Positions 8,201-15,873 of a DNA stretch of 35,504 nucleotides are shown here, piece by piece (positions within the stretch are counted from its first letter, which is position 1; every line of letters starts with the position of its first letter). The DNA is from a virus, in IMG/VR virus record IMGVR_UViG_3300021387_000081, positions 1 to 35,504 of that record; one strand, written 5' to 3'. The notes under the pieces were generated by a model. The model had not been told where the DNA came from. It did not search any database and worked only from the letters and a program-made list of their open reading frames with translations. Both the position numbers and the translations under genes were made by a program.

Positions 8201-8799
8201 TAGACCGTGGTTTTGATATCCTCGACCTTCTTGAATGGGGCGCGGATTCAGGTCTTCTCACTGCCGGCAGCTATGATGAAGAGTTCGAAAAAAAGGTGCA
8301 GGAGGCACTGAGCAATTTCTATCCGGATACTTCCGGAATGGTGAAGTGGGCATTGGAAAACGGTGCTTCTCTTGGTGAACTGTTCGGCACCGAGTTCCAG
8401 AGCTGGTCAACAAGGTACATGTGGGCAACAAACAGCTTACAGACGCACAATATCAGCAGTGATTGGGATGCAAAACTATATAATGGCGGTCAAGGCGACT
8501 ATAAGATCGGGTATGTTTCAAAGACTGACTATAAAGCAGCCGGCGGCTGGATATCCGGAGCAGGCATAGTGGCTGAGGCAGGTCCTGAGCTCATCGAGCT
8601 CATCAACGGCGGAGTGAAGGTAACGCCTCTGAGCAGGACGGCAAAGAATACTCCCGTTGGCAGCGGAGACGGTGCAAAGAAGCTGATATACAACAACATC
8701 ACAGTGAATGCGGCAGTCTCATCGGACTATGATGTTACAAGACTGGCAGAAAGACTGGCTGCGGAACAGCGGCGTATCGAGGAGGGAAAAGGTATATGA
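5269..8799 (+). CDS. Tail tape measure protein
   Basis: 1176 aa. It has a coiled-coil N-terminus, a TP901-type core (GMSQVAAISGATGDELE...MGETFKYVAPVAG) and hydrophobic central segments. Confidence 0.9.
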   Translation: MAGKAIKGITIQIGADTVGLDKALKGVETAGKKTASELREVENSLKKAPDSAVLWSQKQELLNDALEKSREKLKLLEDAQAQVNEEFSKGAVNEEQYRAFQREIENTRSEVGRYENGLKDADEKVRALGDDAGDTSGDVKELGEAADSTASGGISAMTVALGDLVADGIKMAARELKDFTVDVVKTGADFEAGMSQVAAISGATGDELERLTAKAEEMGASTKFTASESAEAFNYMAMAGWKTEDMLGGIDGILSLAAASGEDLATTSDIVTDAMTAFGLSADNAGHFADVLAAASSNANTNVSMMGETFKYVAPVAGAMSYSIEDTAEAIGLMANAGIKSTQAGTALRSIITRLSTDAGASKNSLGALGTLTEELGVQFYNADGSARDFGDVLNETREAWKGLTDEQQTSYGKTIAGTNALSGWLALMNAAPEDVEKLSGAIRDCDGAATDMSTTMMDNLQGDMTVMQSAVDGMKISLSKELEPVLREGVQYITKHMPEIQSALSKVFRAGADGLSFAIRNVPKVISAVQALMPLIKTAAAAYLSYKLYDKTAKFVGLLTSMTGPQGAIVAAVGAVGLLTTALQWLTDAQHDELTATEKMEEQYKEELDAVDGLRGSLNSMKDDFYKRAGDINAETERTKDLWKELDKLTDSTGKVRDADKKRAEYLLGELNTALGTEYTMTGNQIDRYKDMEAEVDKLIEKKKASMYLDEFMSQATEQRKVQADARTAYQEAYAKRNELMSDPEFMKADERFKEITGSSMTTHAPDDYWLSVTRGHNAQFDRKYENLSDEEYDQIVQELYDISEQWKDTSAEIIMNQRLMTENQGVYEGSLGWESQLREAETAFASEDYSKVSSILYDSDYGDRYALEHESDLQKRQEKFREMVTRSLADMELAIDAGSQYAVDQALSSLGETVEAGALAVDDLRDVFSREFMDRVQDMLDKGFDISALAKWGKDSGLDVGDMFSTDFKTLVQTQIDRGFDILDLLEWGADSGLLTAGSYDEEFEKKVQEALSNFYPDTSGMVKWALENGASLGELFGTEFQSWSTRYMWATNSLQTHNISSDWDAKLYNGGQGDYKIGYVSKTDYKAAGGWISGAGIVAEAGPELIELINGGVKVTPLSRTAKNTPVGSGDGAKKLIYNNITVNAAVSSDYDVTRLAERLAAEQRRIEEGKGI

Positions 8800-9539
8800 G
8801 TGAATTCTTCTGGAACGGTATTTCCAGTGAAGAGCTTGGTCTGATTGTCACGAAGCCGGTAGTGCGTCCTTCATGGGCGGAGGAAGTTGGGGAGATATCA
8901 GTCCCCGGCAGGACATCGAAACTCATCCGGCGTACCGGCATCTACAGGAGTGCAGATCTGACGATCGAGACGGTCATAGAAAACGCTTCCCCTGAAAATC
9001 TCAGGAGCATATATTCGGTGCTGCATGGCAGAGGCAGGCTTGTTCTTCCCGGTGAGGAAGACGTTTATCTGAATGCCGAAGTCCAGCAGCTTGCACCGGA
9101 GGCGGTGGCGCTCTTCATGGGCGAACTTCCGGTGCATTTCAGTCTCAGTCCCTTTGCCTACGCGGTAGAGCCGACGATATCGGAGATATCAGCCGGGACA
9201 GGCTGGACAGAGATAATGAACAGCGGGTCCGTTTACTCCGAACCTGAGCTGCGATTTCATCCCGGTAGCGGTTCAGTTGTAATAGATGTGAACGGTTCGC
9301 AGCTTACTATTGATATTCCGGCAGAGGTAACAGCAGCCGGCACTGAGGCAGCGGACTGGTGGATAGTTGCGGACAGCGAAGTCCCGATCATCTACTATGA
9401 GGACAGCAACGGTGCAAAATACAGCATGACGCAGTATACCGCCGGTGATATGCCTCTGCTGCATACCGGCACCAACTACATCCGCTATACCGGAGACTGT
9501 ACCGCCATGCAGATAAATGTGAGAGAGAGGTGGTTGTGA
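8796..9539 (+). CDS. Distal tail protein (Dit, siphovirus tail component)
   Basis: 247 aa, overlaps the tape-measure stop. The N-terminus F.NG.SSEELGLIV is typical of this family. Confidence 0.8.
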   Translation: MSEFFWNGISSEELGLIVTKPVVRPSWAEEVGEISVPGRTSKLIRRTGIYRSADLTIETVIENASPENLRSIYSVLHGRGRLVLPGEEDVYLNAEVQQLAPEAVALFMGELPVHFSLSPFAYAVEPTISEISAGTGWTEIMNSGSVYSEPELRFHPGSGSVVIDVNGSQLTIDIPAEVTAAGTEAADWWIVADSEVPIIYYEDSNGAKYSMTQYTAGDMPLLHTGTNYIRYTGDCTAMQINVRERWL

Positions 9540-10333
9540 TGACAGGCACAGGAACGCAGAACGATCCGTATATCGTGGACACATGGCCTGATTTCGTGAC
9601 GGCGATAGGCACATCCGGTGCATACGTCAAGGTCGCTGATGATACGGTCTGGGATATGAACAGCATTGCACCGGAGGGAATCGGAAGAATATACTGTACT
9701 TGTACAGAACTTGATGGAAATGGTGCTGAAATACATAATTTGTATTTTAATGCGGCTGGTGAATATGGTGTATTCTATATGTACAATTCAGTGCATGATA
9801 TAAGCTTTTTGGATTTTCTGAGCAAGCAGGATTCGTCGCATTATTCACATGCTCTTATTAATCTATCAAGCGGCAGCAATATACAACGAGTTACATTTTC
9901 AGGGATAGTAAGCGGAACATATAATCATTACATTTTTGACGGTGTACAATACGAGAGGTTCAAAAACTGCTCTCTGAATCTGAAAATGCAGCTTGGCAGC
10001 GGCAAGGTATATATTTCAGATGATAATCGGTCTGCTTTAGGTTATTTTGAAAACAACCACATCGTAATTGATGCGACAAACGCTCAGCTCTACAATAGTG
10101 ACTATGGCATTCACAATGACAACTCTCTCGTTGAAATTGTCCGTGCAGAAGGCTACAGCGAGATACTGCCGAGGTCAAATGCCCGTTCAACTATCGTCAG
10201 GTACGACAAGGGTACGGAACGGGAGAAAAATTATGTTTTCGACGCAGCCGGCGCGTGGCACGAAGTCACCTCTGCCCAGCTACAGGACGCTGTATATCTC
10301 GCATCCATAGGCTTTCCCATAGGAGTTGACTGA
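9539..10333 (+). CDS. Beta-helix-like tail accessory/receptor-binding candidate inserted between Dit and Tal
   Basis: ATG 9539 follows gagaggtgg. The N-terminus GTGTQNDPYIV.TW.DF is typical of right-handed beta-helix tail proteins. The central part is visibly AT-richer. Confidence 0.55.
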   Translation: MTGTGTQNDPYIVDTWPDFVTAIGTSGAYVKVADDTVWDMNSIAPEGIGRIYCTCTELDGNGAEIHNLYFNAAGEYGVFYMYNSVHDISFLDFLSKQDSSHYSHALINLSSGSNIQRVTFSGIVSGTYNHYIFDGVQYERFKNCSLNLKMQLGSGKVYISDDNRSALGYFENNHIVIDATNAQLYNSDYGIHNDNSLVEIVRAEGYSEILPRSNARSTIVRYDKGTEREKNYVFDAAGAWHEVTSAQLQDAVYLASIGFPIGVD

Positions 10334-10334
10334 C

Positions 10335-11750
10335 ATGGCGTGGATAATGGGAGAAGACGGATTCCCGACCAATACTGACTTCATCGCGGTGCCGGAGAAG
10401 GCGATGCAGCGACCATTCCCTGACGCGCTCTGGCGGATCGATGCCGACGTGAACGACGGATTCCCCTACAACAAGCTTATCCCGGGGATGCTGCCGCGTC
10501 CTATAGTCCTTACACCTCTGATACGGGAGCACGTCATAAGAGTCTACGACATGAGCGAGCCGCAGGACGGCTTTCACGGTAACGGTCTTGCGATACTCAG
10601 TCCGACATACTGCGTCAGCGAAAAGGAACTCAACGGGCGCTGGGACGTGGAGCTGACACATCCGCTCGACGACTGGGGACGCTGGCGGCATCTCACTGCT
10701 CAGAACATCCTCAAAATAGACGGACAGCTCTTCCGCATCGACGATCAGAAGCCAGTGATAGATGAGAACAGTGCGGAGATCACAGTCCATGCAAAGCATA
10801 TCTGGTATGACCTTGCAGACCGTCTGGTGCTGAAATGCCGAGGACTCGCCGGAAACGGCAACGGATTCATCAGTCTTGTAGGACGGTATACTCTTGACCT
10901 TTCCGAAGGCTTCGATGAGTACAGATTCACCGGAACTTCGGATATCCGCCCGGAGCAGCCTGTAGAACTTGACCTTCACGGCATATCACAGGCGGCAGCT
11001 TTTCTCGGCGATGACAGCAGTCTTGTGAACCGTCTCGGCGGTGAACTCTATCGTGATAACTTCCGCTGGTCGGTGAATGAGCGCATGGAGGGGGCATCCG
11101 AAAGGGCATTCTACATCCGGTACGGCAGCGAAATGACGGCGTTTTCACCTCAGGTGAGCTACGAAGAACTATGCACCTTCCTGCGCTGTGAGGACAATTT
11201 CGGGAATATGTGGTCAGTGTCCTATGTGAGCGGCAGCTATCCGCTCCATCACCACAAGGCACGGTTTGCGTCTTTCTCGTACAGTGAGAAGGACATGCAG
11301 CGGCTTATGGATGACGGATTCGCACTCTGGATGCAGATAAGCACTCCGAAAGTCAGCTTTGAGATAGAGACAGCATCTCTCCGGGACGATCCTGTATACA
11401 GTGACTTCATCGGTCTGCAAGACTGTGATGTAGGCGACCGGGGAACGATATACTGCGAGCCTCTTGCGACGACTACGGAGCAGGAGATAGTGAGCGTTCG
11501 ACGGGATCATCTCACAGGCGACTGTCTGAAAATGACACTGGGCAGCTTTAATCCGTCCCTGATACGTCCGAAATACAAAGCTGGCACTATAACCTCGGGT
11601 ACATCAGCGGCTGAAAAGGAACTGCGTGCGGTCAGGGAAGCGCTATTTGCATCCGACACGCGGCAGATGTCCGTATCTATATCCGGCATGGAGACTTTTA
11701 GGGTGAGCGACCTCGAAGAGCGTGAAATCAATGAACTGGAGGGAAAATAA
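10335..11750 (+). CDS. Tail-associated lysin-like baseplate hub (Tal; phage minor structural protein N-terminal region)
   Basis: ATG 10335 lies 9 nt after aggag. Contains GNGLAILSPTYCVSEKELNGRWDVELTHPLDD...LKIDGQLFRI, typical of the prophage tail endopeptidase family. Confidence 0.8.
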   Translation: MAWIMGEDGFPTNTDFIAVPEKAMQRPFPDALWRIDADVNDGFPYNKLIPGMLPRPIVLTPLIREHVIRVYDMSEPQDGFHGNGLAILSPTYCVSEKELNGRWDVELTHPLDDWGRWRHLTAQNILKIDGQLFRIDDQKPVIDENSAEITVHAKHIWYDLADRLVLKCRGLAGNGNGFISLVGRYTLDLSEGFDEYRFTGTSDIRPEQPVELDLHGISQAAAFLGDDSSLVNRLGGELYRDNFRWSVNERMEGASERAFYIRYGSEMTAFSPQVSYEELCTFLRCEDNFGNMWSVSYVSGSYPLHHHKARFASFSYSEKDMQRLMDDGFALWMQISTPKVSFEIETASLRDDPVYSDFIGLQDCDVGDRGTIYCEPLATTTEQEIVSVRRDHLTGDCLKMTLGSFNPSLIRPKYKAGTITSGTSAAEKELRAVREALFASDTRQMSVSISGMETFRVSDLEEREINELEGK

Positions 11751-12439
11751 TGGGAGTTACATATACACCGAACTATGATCTCGGGAAGCAGGAAGATCAC
11801 ACTGACAAGTTCGACATGTCGGTGATAACTGAGAATATGGACAAGCTGGACACGGCTCTTGCGGATACGGATTCAGCGGTCTCATCACTTGACACGAAAA
11901 CAGATTCCATATCTGCCAAACTGAAAAGCGTGATCGACACCGGACCGAAGAACCGGATCATCTTAGGCTTCCCGGCGACGACCAAAAGCGGAGTGACGGC
12001 GACGCCGAACGATGACGGAACTATCACTATCAGCGGAACCAACAGCAGCTCATCTAATACCGTGCTCGTGTTTGACCTCTGGGGAAGTGCTGCGTCAACG
12101 ACGGACAATAAACAGAATCCCTTCACTCAGGACGGCGTGTACATCATGAAAGGCTCGGGCAGTGATAATGTCCGCATACAGTTCTATGGCTATAATGATG
12201 ACTTGCAGCTGAATCTGCTCGCAAATTCCGCAAGCGATGTGGAGGTAACTATCAACGGTGCATACAAGTATTATGTTTTCCGCATCTGGATAAAGGGTTC
12301 AGCTGTATTCGATGATCTGACGCTCTATCCCATGTGCTGCCTGAAAGACCTGTATGATATATCGCCGGACTTCAAGCCATACGTCCCGACAAATGCGGAA
12401 CTGTACGCTATGATAAAGGAACTTGGAGGCGGAGCATGA
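11750..12439 (+). CDS. Tail fibre/receptor-binding candidate
   Basis: 229 aa. The N-terminus YTPNYDLGKQ...F..SVITENMDKLD is the conserved fibre N-terminal motif. It is the last structural gene before the lysis genes. Confidence 0.55.
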   Translation: MGVTYTPNYDLGKQEDHTDKFDMSVITENMDKLDTALADTDSAVSSLDTKTDSISAKLKSVIDTGPKNRIILGFPATTKSGVTATPNDDGTITISGTNSSSSNTVLVFDLWGSAASTTDNKQNPFTQDGVYIMKGSGSDNVRIQFYGYNDDLQLNLLANSASDVEVTINGAYKYYVFRIWIKGSAVFDDLTLYPMCCLKDLYDISPDFKPYVPTNAELYAMIKELGGGA

Positions 12440-12672
12440 GCGACTGGACGGACATAGTCATTGCGGTCATAGCGGCAGCCGGCGGATTCCTCGGCTCAGT
12501 AGTCAGCAACAACAAGCAGGTGGCAGTTCTGAGCACGAAGCTGGACGGTGTCAAAGAGGAACTGAAACGGCAGGGCGAGCGCATCGACGCGCACAATCAC
12601 CTGAACGAACGTCTGACAGCGGTGGAGATAACTCTGAAGGAGCGTGAACGGCATGAAAGAGCGAATTGCTAA
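12436..12672 (+). CDS. Holin-like membrane protein (N-terminal TM plus coiled coil; BhlA/XhlA-type architecture)
   Basis: 78 aa with one hydrophobic segment (IVIAVIAAAGGFLGSVV) followed by a charged helix. It lies adjacent to the holin and lysin genes. Confidence 0.5.
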   Translation: MSDWTDIVIAVIAAAGGFLGSVVSNNKQVAVLSTKLDGVKEELKRQGERIDAHNHLNERLTAVEITLKERERHERANC

Positions 12673-12847
12673 GCTCATCGACGTAAAAACACTGGTTACC
12701 TTCACGCTTACCGGTGCATTTACATATCTTGCAGTATGCGGTGAAATAGATCCGCAGATATTCATGTCGGTATACGCAATGGTTATCGGCTTTTATTTCG
12801 GAACACAGCGTGAAAAATCAAAAAAGGAGGGAAATGACAATGACTAA
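12653..12847 (+). CDS. Holin (two TM segments, charged C-terminus)
   Basis: ATG 12653 lies 10 nt after aaggag. Contains LVTFTLTGAFTYLAV and IFMSVYAMVIGFYFG, then the tail REKSKKEGNDND. Confidence 0.7.
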   Translation: MKERIAKLIDVKTLVTFTLTGAFTYLAVCGEIDPQIFMSVYAMVIGFYFGTQREKSKKEGNDND

Positions 12848-13538
12848 AAACGGCATTGATGTGTCTGAGTGGCAGGGCGACATAGACTGGAGCAAGGTCA
12901 GGACTGACTTTGTTGTGATCCGTGCAGGATACGGCAGGGAGATCACTCAGAAGGACAAGAAATTCGAGAGGAACTATTCCGGTGCCAAGAAAGCCGGGAT
13001 ACCCTGCGGCGCTTACTGGTACAGCTACGCAATGAACGAGGATGAGGCACGGAAAGAGGCTGCTGTCTGCATTCAGGTGCTCAAAGGCAGGCAGTTTGAA
13101 TACCCGATATATATCGACGTGGAAGAGCAGAAGGTCATTGCTCTCGGACGCGATAAGGTCAGCGCGATCATCAGCGCTTTCCTGCTCGAACTCGAAAAAG
13201 CCGGCTACTATGCCGGACTCTATATGTCGGCATACAGCCTTGAGCATTGCACCACTGACTATATCAGGCAGCGTTTCACGGTCTGGGTGGCGAATTACGG
13301 CGTTCAGAAACCCACATATTCCGGCGCTTATGGCATGTGGCAGAAGTCCAACACCGGCAGCATCGCCGGAATCACCGGGAATACAGACCTCGATGAGTGC
13401 TATCTGGATTACCCGAAGATCATCAGGGATTCCGGCAAGAATGGTCTCGCCAAGCCGTCTGAACCGCAGAAGAAGTCCCTCAAGGTCACCGTGGAGCTGG
13501 ATGACCATTTGTATTCGGGACTGCTGGAGGAACAGTAA
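12834..13538 (+). CDS. Endolysin, GH25 muramidase
   Basis: Contains NGIDVSEWQGDIDWSKV...FVVIRAGYG, the GH25 signature. ATG 12834 follows aggagg. Confidence 0.9.
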   Translation: MTMTKNGIDVSEWQGDIDWSKVRTDFVVIRAGYGREITQKDKKFERNYSGAKKAGIPCGAYWYSYAMNEDEARKEAAVCIQVLKGRQFEYPIYIDVEEQKVIALGRDKVSAIISAFLLELEKAGYYAGLYMSAYSLEHCTTDYIRQRFTVWVANYGVQKPTYSGAYGMWQKSNTGSIAGITGNTDLDECYLDYPKIIRDSGKNGLAKPSEPQKKSLKVTVELDDHLYSGLLEEQ

Positions 13539-13541
13539 TGC

Positions 13542-13571
13542 TTGACTTTATCCGGACCGCTGTGCTATAAT
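13542..13571 (+). promoter_or_regulatory. Extended -10 sigma-70 promoter of the moron
   Basis: TTGACT at 13542-13547, an 18-nt spacer ending in tgc, and TATAAT at 13566-13571. Confidence 0.6.
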
Positions 13572-13599
13572 GTAAGCAGAAAGTGAAAGGGGTGCGGAA

Positions 13600-14004
13600 A
13601 TGAACATCATAAAATACCCGACTGCTGAAGCCGTGGACAGGGCTATAAACGAGGATGAGCCGCTGCTGGCACTCATCTCCTTCGACGGGAAAGAGGCTAT
13701 AATCAGCCAGATAGACGAGGCAATGGAACACCATATCCTGCTCTCTAAGGTCGGACGCAAAGACACGGATATCGACAGCTTTTTCCGCATTGTTCTGGAC
13801 AGGAGCGGCGCTGACTGGACCTTTGTGTGTCCGCCGGACTATAAGAACATCCCCTTCAAAGACAAGCGGATAGAGGCTTTCTATAAGGACGGATTTGCGG
13901 TAATTTCCGGCTTTCTCCACTCTATCGGATATCTTGTGGGCATCAACATCCCCAAGCGCTACAGCCGGCATCTGAACGTGCTCGGCAGCGATAACTATAA
14001 CTGA
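13600..14004 (+). CDS. Hypothetical protein (self-contained moron between the lysis genes and attP)
   Basis: 134-aa ORF with SD aaagggg, its own promoter and a strong terminator. No family recognised. Confidence 0.65.
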   Translation: MNIIKYPTAEAVDRAINEDEPLLALISFDGKEAIISQIDEAMEHHILLSKVGRKDTDIDSFFRIVLDRSGADWTFVCPPDYKNIPFKDKRIEAFYKDGFAVISGFLHSIGYLVGINIPKRYSRHLNVLGSDNYN

Positions 14005-14006
14005 GC

Positions 14007-14045
14007 ATCCCCCTCTGAGGAATTTGCCTCGGAGGGGGATTTTGT
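14007..14045 (+). terminator. Strong intrinsic terminator (14-bp stem)
   Basis: atccccctctgagg/cctcggagggggat stem followed by tttt. Confidence 0.8.
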
Positions 14046-14055
14046 GTTTATTGAA

Positions 14056-14601
14056 TCATTTTTCAGTAAATCCTACAAGAACGAGTTGACCATTCCAACG
14101 CTTTGGCTCAACAAATCTCTCTGGAAGCTTAATACCAAACTGATCGCAAACGCCTTTTGCCATGAGCGCGATCCTTTCGGGCTCACTTTTCTGATCTTTC
14201 ATGATCCCTCTAAGGGTTTTGATAAGGCTTGCAACTTCACCGACTGAGGTAGCTTTTCCACTGTAGAGTGTTGGAGACTGCTGTAATTTCTGCTCCATAT
14301 TGTGAAAGGCGTTCACATATAGGGCAGTAAACACTACACCTTTTTGACCTGTCAGTTTATTTGCTATCATTTCGCAGCCCTTTCGGGTGCAGAGATAGCA
14401 GGGGAGCGTTCTTCCTGTTGAATCTGTATAGTCGCTTTTGATAAAAAAATCGCAGAGCGCAATTTTGCTCTCAGCAAGATATGTGCTGTAATGGCGAATA
14501 TCTCTGAGAAGTTCCTTATGCTTCTTTCCAATAGCTTCTGCAACCTGTCTGCTGTCAACGACTTCAATTCCTCCGAGGTTTGTCAGTATGAGTTCAGTCA
14601 T
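14056..14601 (-). CDS. Rha-family phage regulatory protein
   Basis: 181 aa. The N-terminus VVDSRQVAEAIGKKHKELLRDI matches the pRha domain pattern. Confidence 0.8.
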   Translation of the reverse strand: MTELILTNLGGIEVVDSRQVAEAIGKKHKELLRDIRHYSTYLAESKIALCDFFIKSDYTDSTGRTLPCYLCTRKGCEMIANKLTGQKGVVFTALYVNAFHNMEQKLQQSPTLYSGKATSVGEVASLIKTLRGIMKDQKSEPERIALMAKGVCDQFGIKLPERFVEPKRWNGQLVLVGFTEK

Positions 14602-14858
14602 CTTTTAGCCCCCTTGCTGATAGCGTAAAGGCTTTCAGTGAGCTGTCCCAACTTCTTCATTTCTTCAAAGATTCTGTCGGTAGAAAGTCTAATAGAACTT
14701 GCACAAAAAGAGATGTGAGAGGTTACAGGTGTTTCTTTTGCGAGCTCGATTATATCGTTATCGAGCCTTTCTAAGCTAAGGTCTGCTGCGGCTCTTGCCC
14801 TTTCGATGCCAATAAGGACATCTTCGATTTCCGTGGCTACATCAAATAAGTCTGACAT
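14598..14858 (-). CDS. Hypothetical helical protein, translationally coupled to the Rha-like gene
   Basis: Starts at MSDLFD (ATG complement at 14856-14858). An ATGA overlap couples it to the Rha start. Confidence 0.55.
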   Translation of the reverse strand: MSDLFDVATEIEDVLIGIERARAAADLSLERLDNDIIELAKETPVTSHISFCASSIRLSTDRIFEEMKKLGQLTESLYAISKGAKR

Positions 14859-14880
14859 ATTATTTTCCTTTCTGTTAGTC

Positions 14881-14909
14881 TTGACAGAAAGCAAAATCTG
14901 GTATATAAT
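14881..14909 (+). promoter_or_regulatory. Perfect consensus sigma-70 promoter on the plus strand
   Basis: TTGACA, a 17-nt spacer and TATAAT with no mismatch. It points against the minus-strand operon. Confidence 0.6.
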
Positions 14910-14915
14910 AGATTT

Positions 14916-14990
14916 CAGATAGAGCAATCTGTCTGCGGAATAACGGTAACGCTTTGCTTCCTACGGTGCGGCGTTGCCGTTGTTTTTATT
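14916..14990 (+). ncRNA. Candidate cis-antisense small RNA 1 (about 75 nt)
   Basis: Bounded by the perfect promoter and by hairpin aacggtaacgc/gcgttgccgtt plus gtttttatt. There is no plus-strand ORF. Confidence 0.4.
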
Positions 14991-15186
14991 GTTTAGTGAC
15001 CTTATGATATAGAGTATCTACCATTTCTTCAAGTATGTCTGTTTTTGACTTTCCAAGAATCTGAGAACACCTATCGAATTTTTCCACAGTTGTTTTAGTA
15101 GCTCTCAATGATACCCTCATATCTTTAGGTTCATTGCCAACAAATGGTCTGCCCATTTTTTTTCTGCCGTTATCAGAAATTTTCAT
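14986..15186 (-). CDS. Ribbon-helix-helix (CopG/MobC-like) small DNA-binding protein
   Basis: MKISDNGRKKMGRPFVGNEPKDMRVSLRATKTTVEKFDRCSQILGKSKTDILEEMV. The GRP..K...V.L pattern fits an RHH strand-helix-helix fold. Confidence 0.55.
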   Translation of the reverse strand: MKISDNGRKKMGRPFVGNEPKDMRVSLRATKTTVEKFDRCSQILGKSKTDILEEMVDTLYHKVTKQ

Positions 15187-15197
15187 CACGTCCCTTC

Positions 15198-15226
15198 TTG
15201 ACAAACGGGGCAAAACGTGATATATT
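15198..15226 (+). promoter_or_regulatory. Extended -10 promoter on the plus strand, divergent from the RHH gene
   Basis: TTGACA at 15198-15203, a 17-nt spacer ending in tga, and TATATT at 15221-15226. Confidence 0.55.
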
Positions 15227-15232
15227 TGAATT

Positions 15233-15313
15233 AAAGAGAGGGCGGCGGCAGATTCCGCCCAATCTTTAGTTTTGTGGGAAGCTCTGTTATTTAAGCAGAG
15301 CTTCTATTTTTTT
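15233..15313 (+). ncRNA. Candidate small RNA 2 (about 80 nt), convergent with and overlapping the 3' end of a 37-codon ORF
   Basis: 5' hairpin gggcgg/ccgccc, then a canonical terminator gaagctctg/cagagcttc plus tattttttt. There is no convincing plus-strand ORF. Confidence 0.4.
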
Positions 15314-15400
15314 GAGTGCTTCGTCTTTGTCATTGCTGTCCTTGATTATCTGAATGATTGCTTTTATCATCATTCTCATGGTATCGTTCATCTCGTCCAT
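15287..15400 (-). CDS. 37-aa amphipathic helical peptide (below the ORF-track cutoff)
   Basis: gaaaggaggaacaa precedes the ATG. Translation is MDEMNDTMRMMIKAIIQIIKDSNDKDEALKKIEALLK. Confidence 0.4.
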   Translation of the reverse strand: MDEMNDTMRMMIKAIIQIIKDSNDKDEALKKIEALLK

Positions 15401-15516
15401 TTGTTCCTCCTTTCCCGTTCTGCCCCGTTACTTGTAAGGTGTTTCCTTACTGTGATTATATTATAACATATGGGTAGCCAAAAGTCAAGGGTTTGGATAT
15501 ATTTTTATTATTTAAT

Positions 15517-15873
15517 TTAAAATGCCTTTTCTTCTTCATCGTTCAGCCACTCTGCTACTGCGGCTATGTACAGTGAGTTTGATGGGATATCATCTGATCC
15601 TTGCAGGCTGTTGCTGAATATTTCCTTTGACAGCTCACGGTCACGGCGATGCCAGCTTTCCTTTATTGCCGATCTGGCTGCCCGCTCGACTGCTGCTGAG
15701 GTCGTGCCAAATTCTTCCGCAAGCTTCGGATAGAGCAGCTGCGACAGGTTAGTCACTGACCTCGGATCGCGCATGCAATATGCGATCCCTTTTTTTATGT
15801 ACTGGTACCCCTTGACACTCGGCTGGTTCCCCAGTAACATCAGTATTCTTGAAATTCTGCGCCCGATATTCAT
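15517..15873 (-). CDS. Spo0A C-terminal (DNA-binding) domain protein lacking a receiver domain
   Basis: VKGYQYIKKGIAYCM...LYPKLAEEFGTTSAAVERAARSAIKESWHR aligns with the B. subtilis Spo0A segment IKGYLYLREAI...[30 protein letters not shown]. The start is MNIGRR after aaggag. Confidence 0.8.
   Translation of the reverse strand: MNIGRRISRILMLLGNQPSVKGYQYIKKGIAYCMRDPRSVTNLSQLLYPKLAEEFGTTSAAVERAARSAIKESWHRRDRELSKEIFSNSLQGSDDIPSNSLYIAAVAEWLNDEEEKAF

Noticed and set aside
15287-15400. Calling the 37-aa peptide plus sRNA 2 a type I toxin-antitoxin pair.
   Set aside because: The convergent 3' overlap fits, but the peptide has no continuous hydrophobic transmembrane stretch. It is kept only as a hypothesis inside the sRNA finding.
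15272-15466. Plus-strand 64-aa ORF.
   Set aside because: It is hydrophobic, low-complexity and has a non-ATG start. It overlaps the terminator of sRNA unit 2 and a minus-strand mini-ORF that has an excellent SD.
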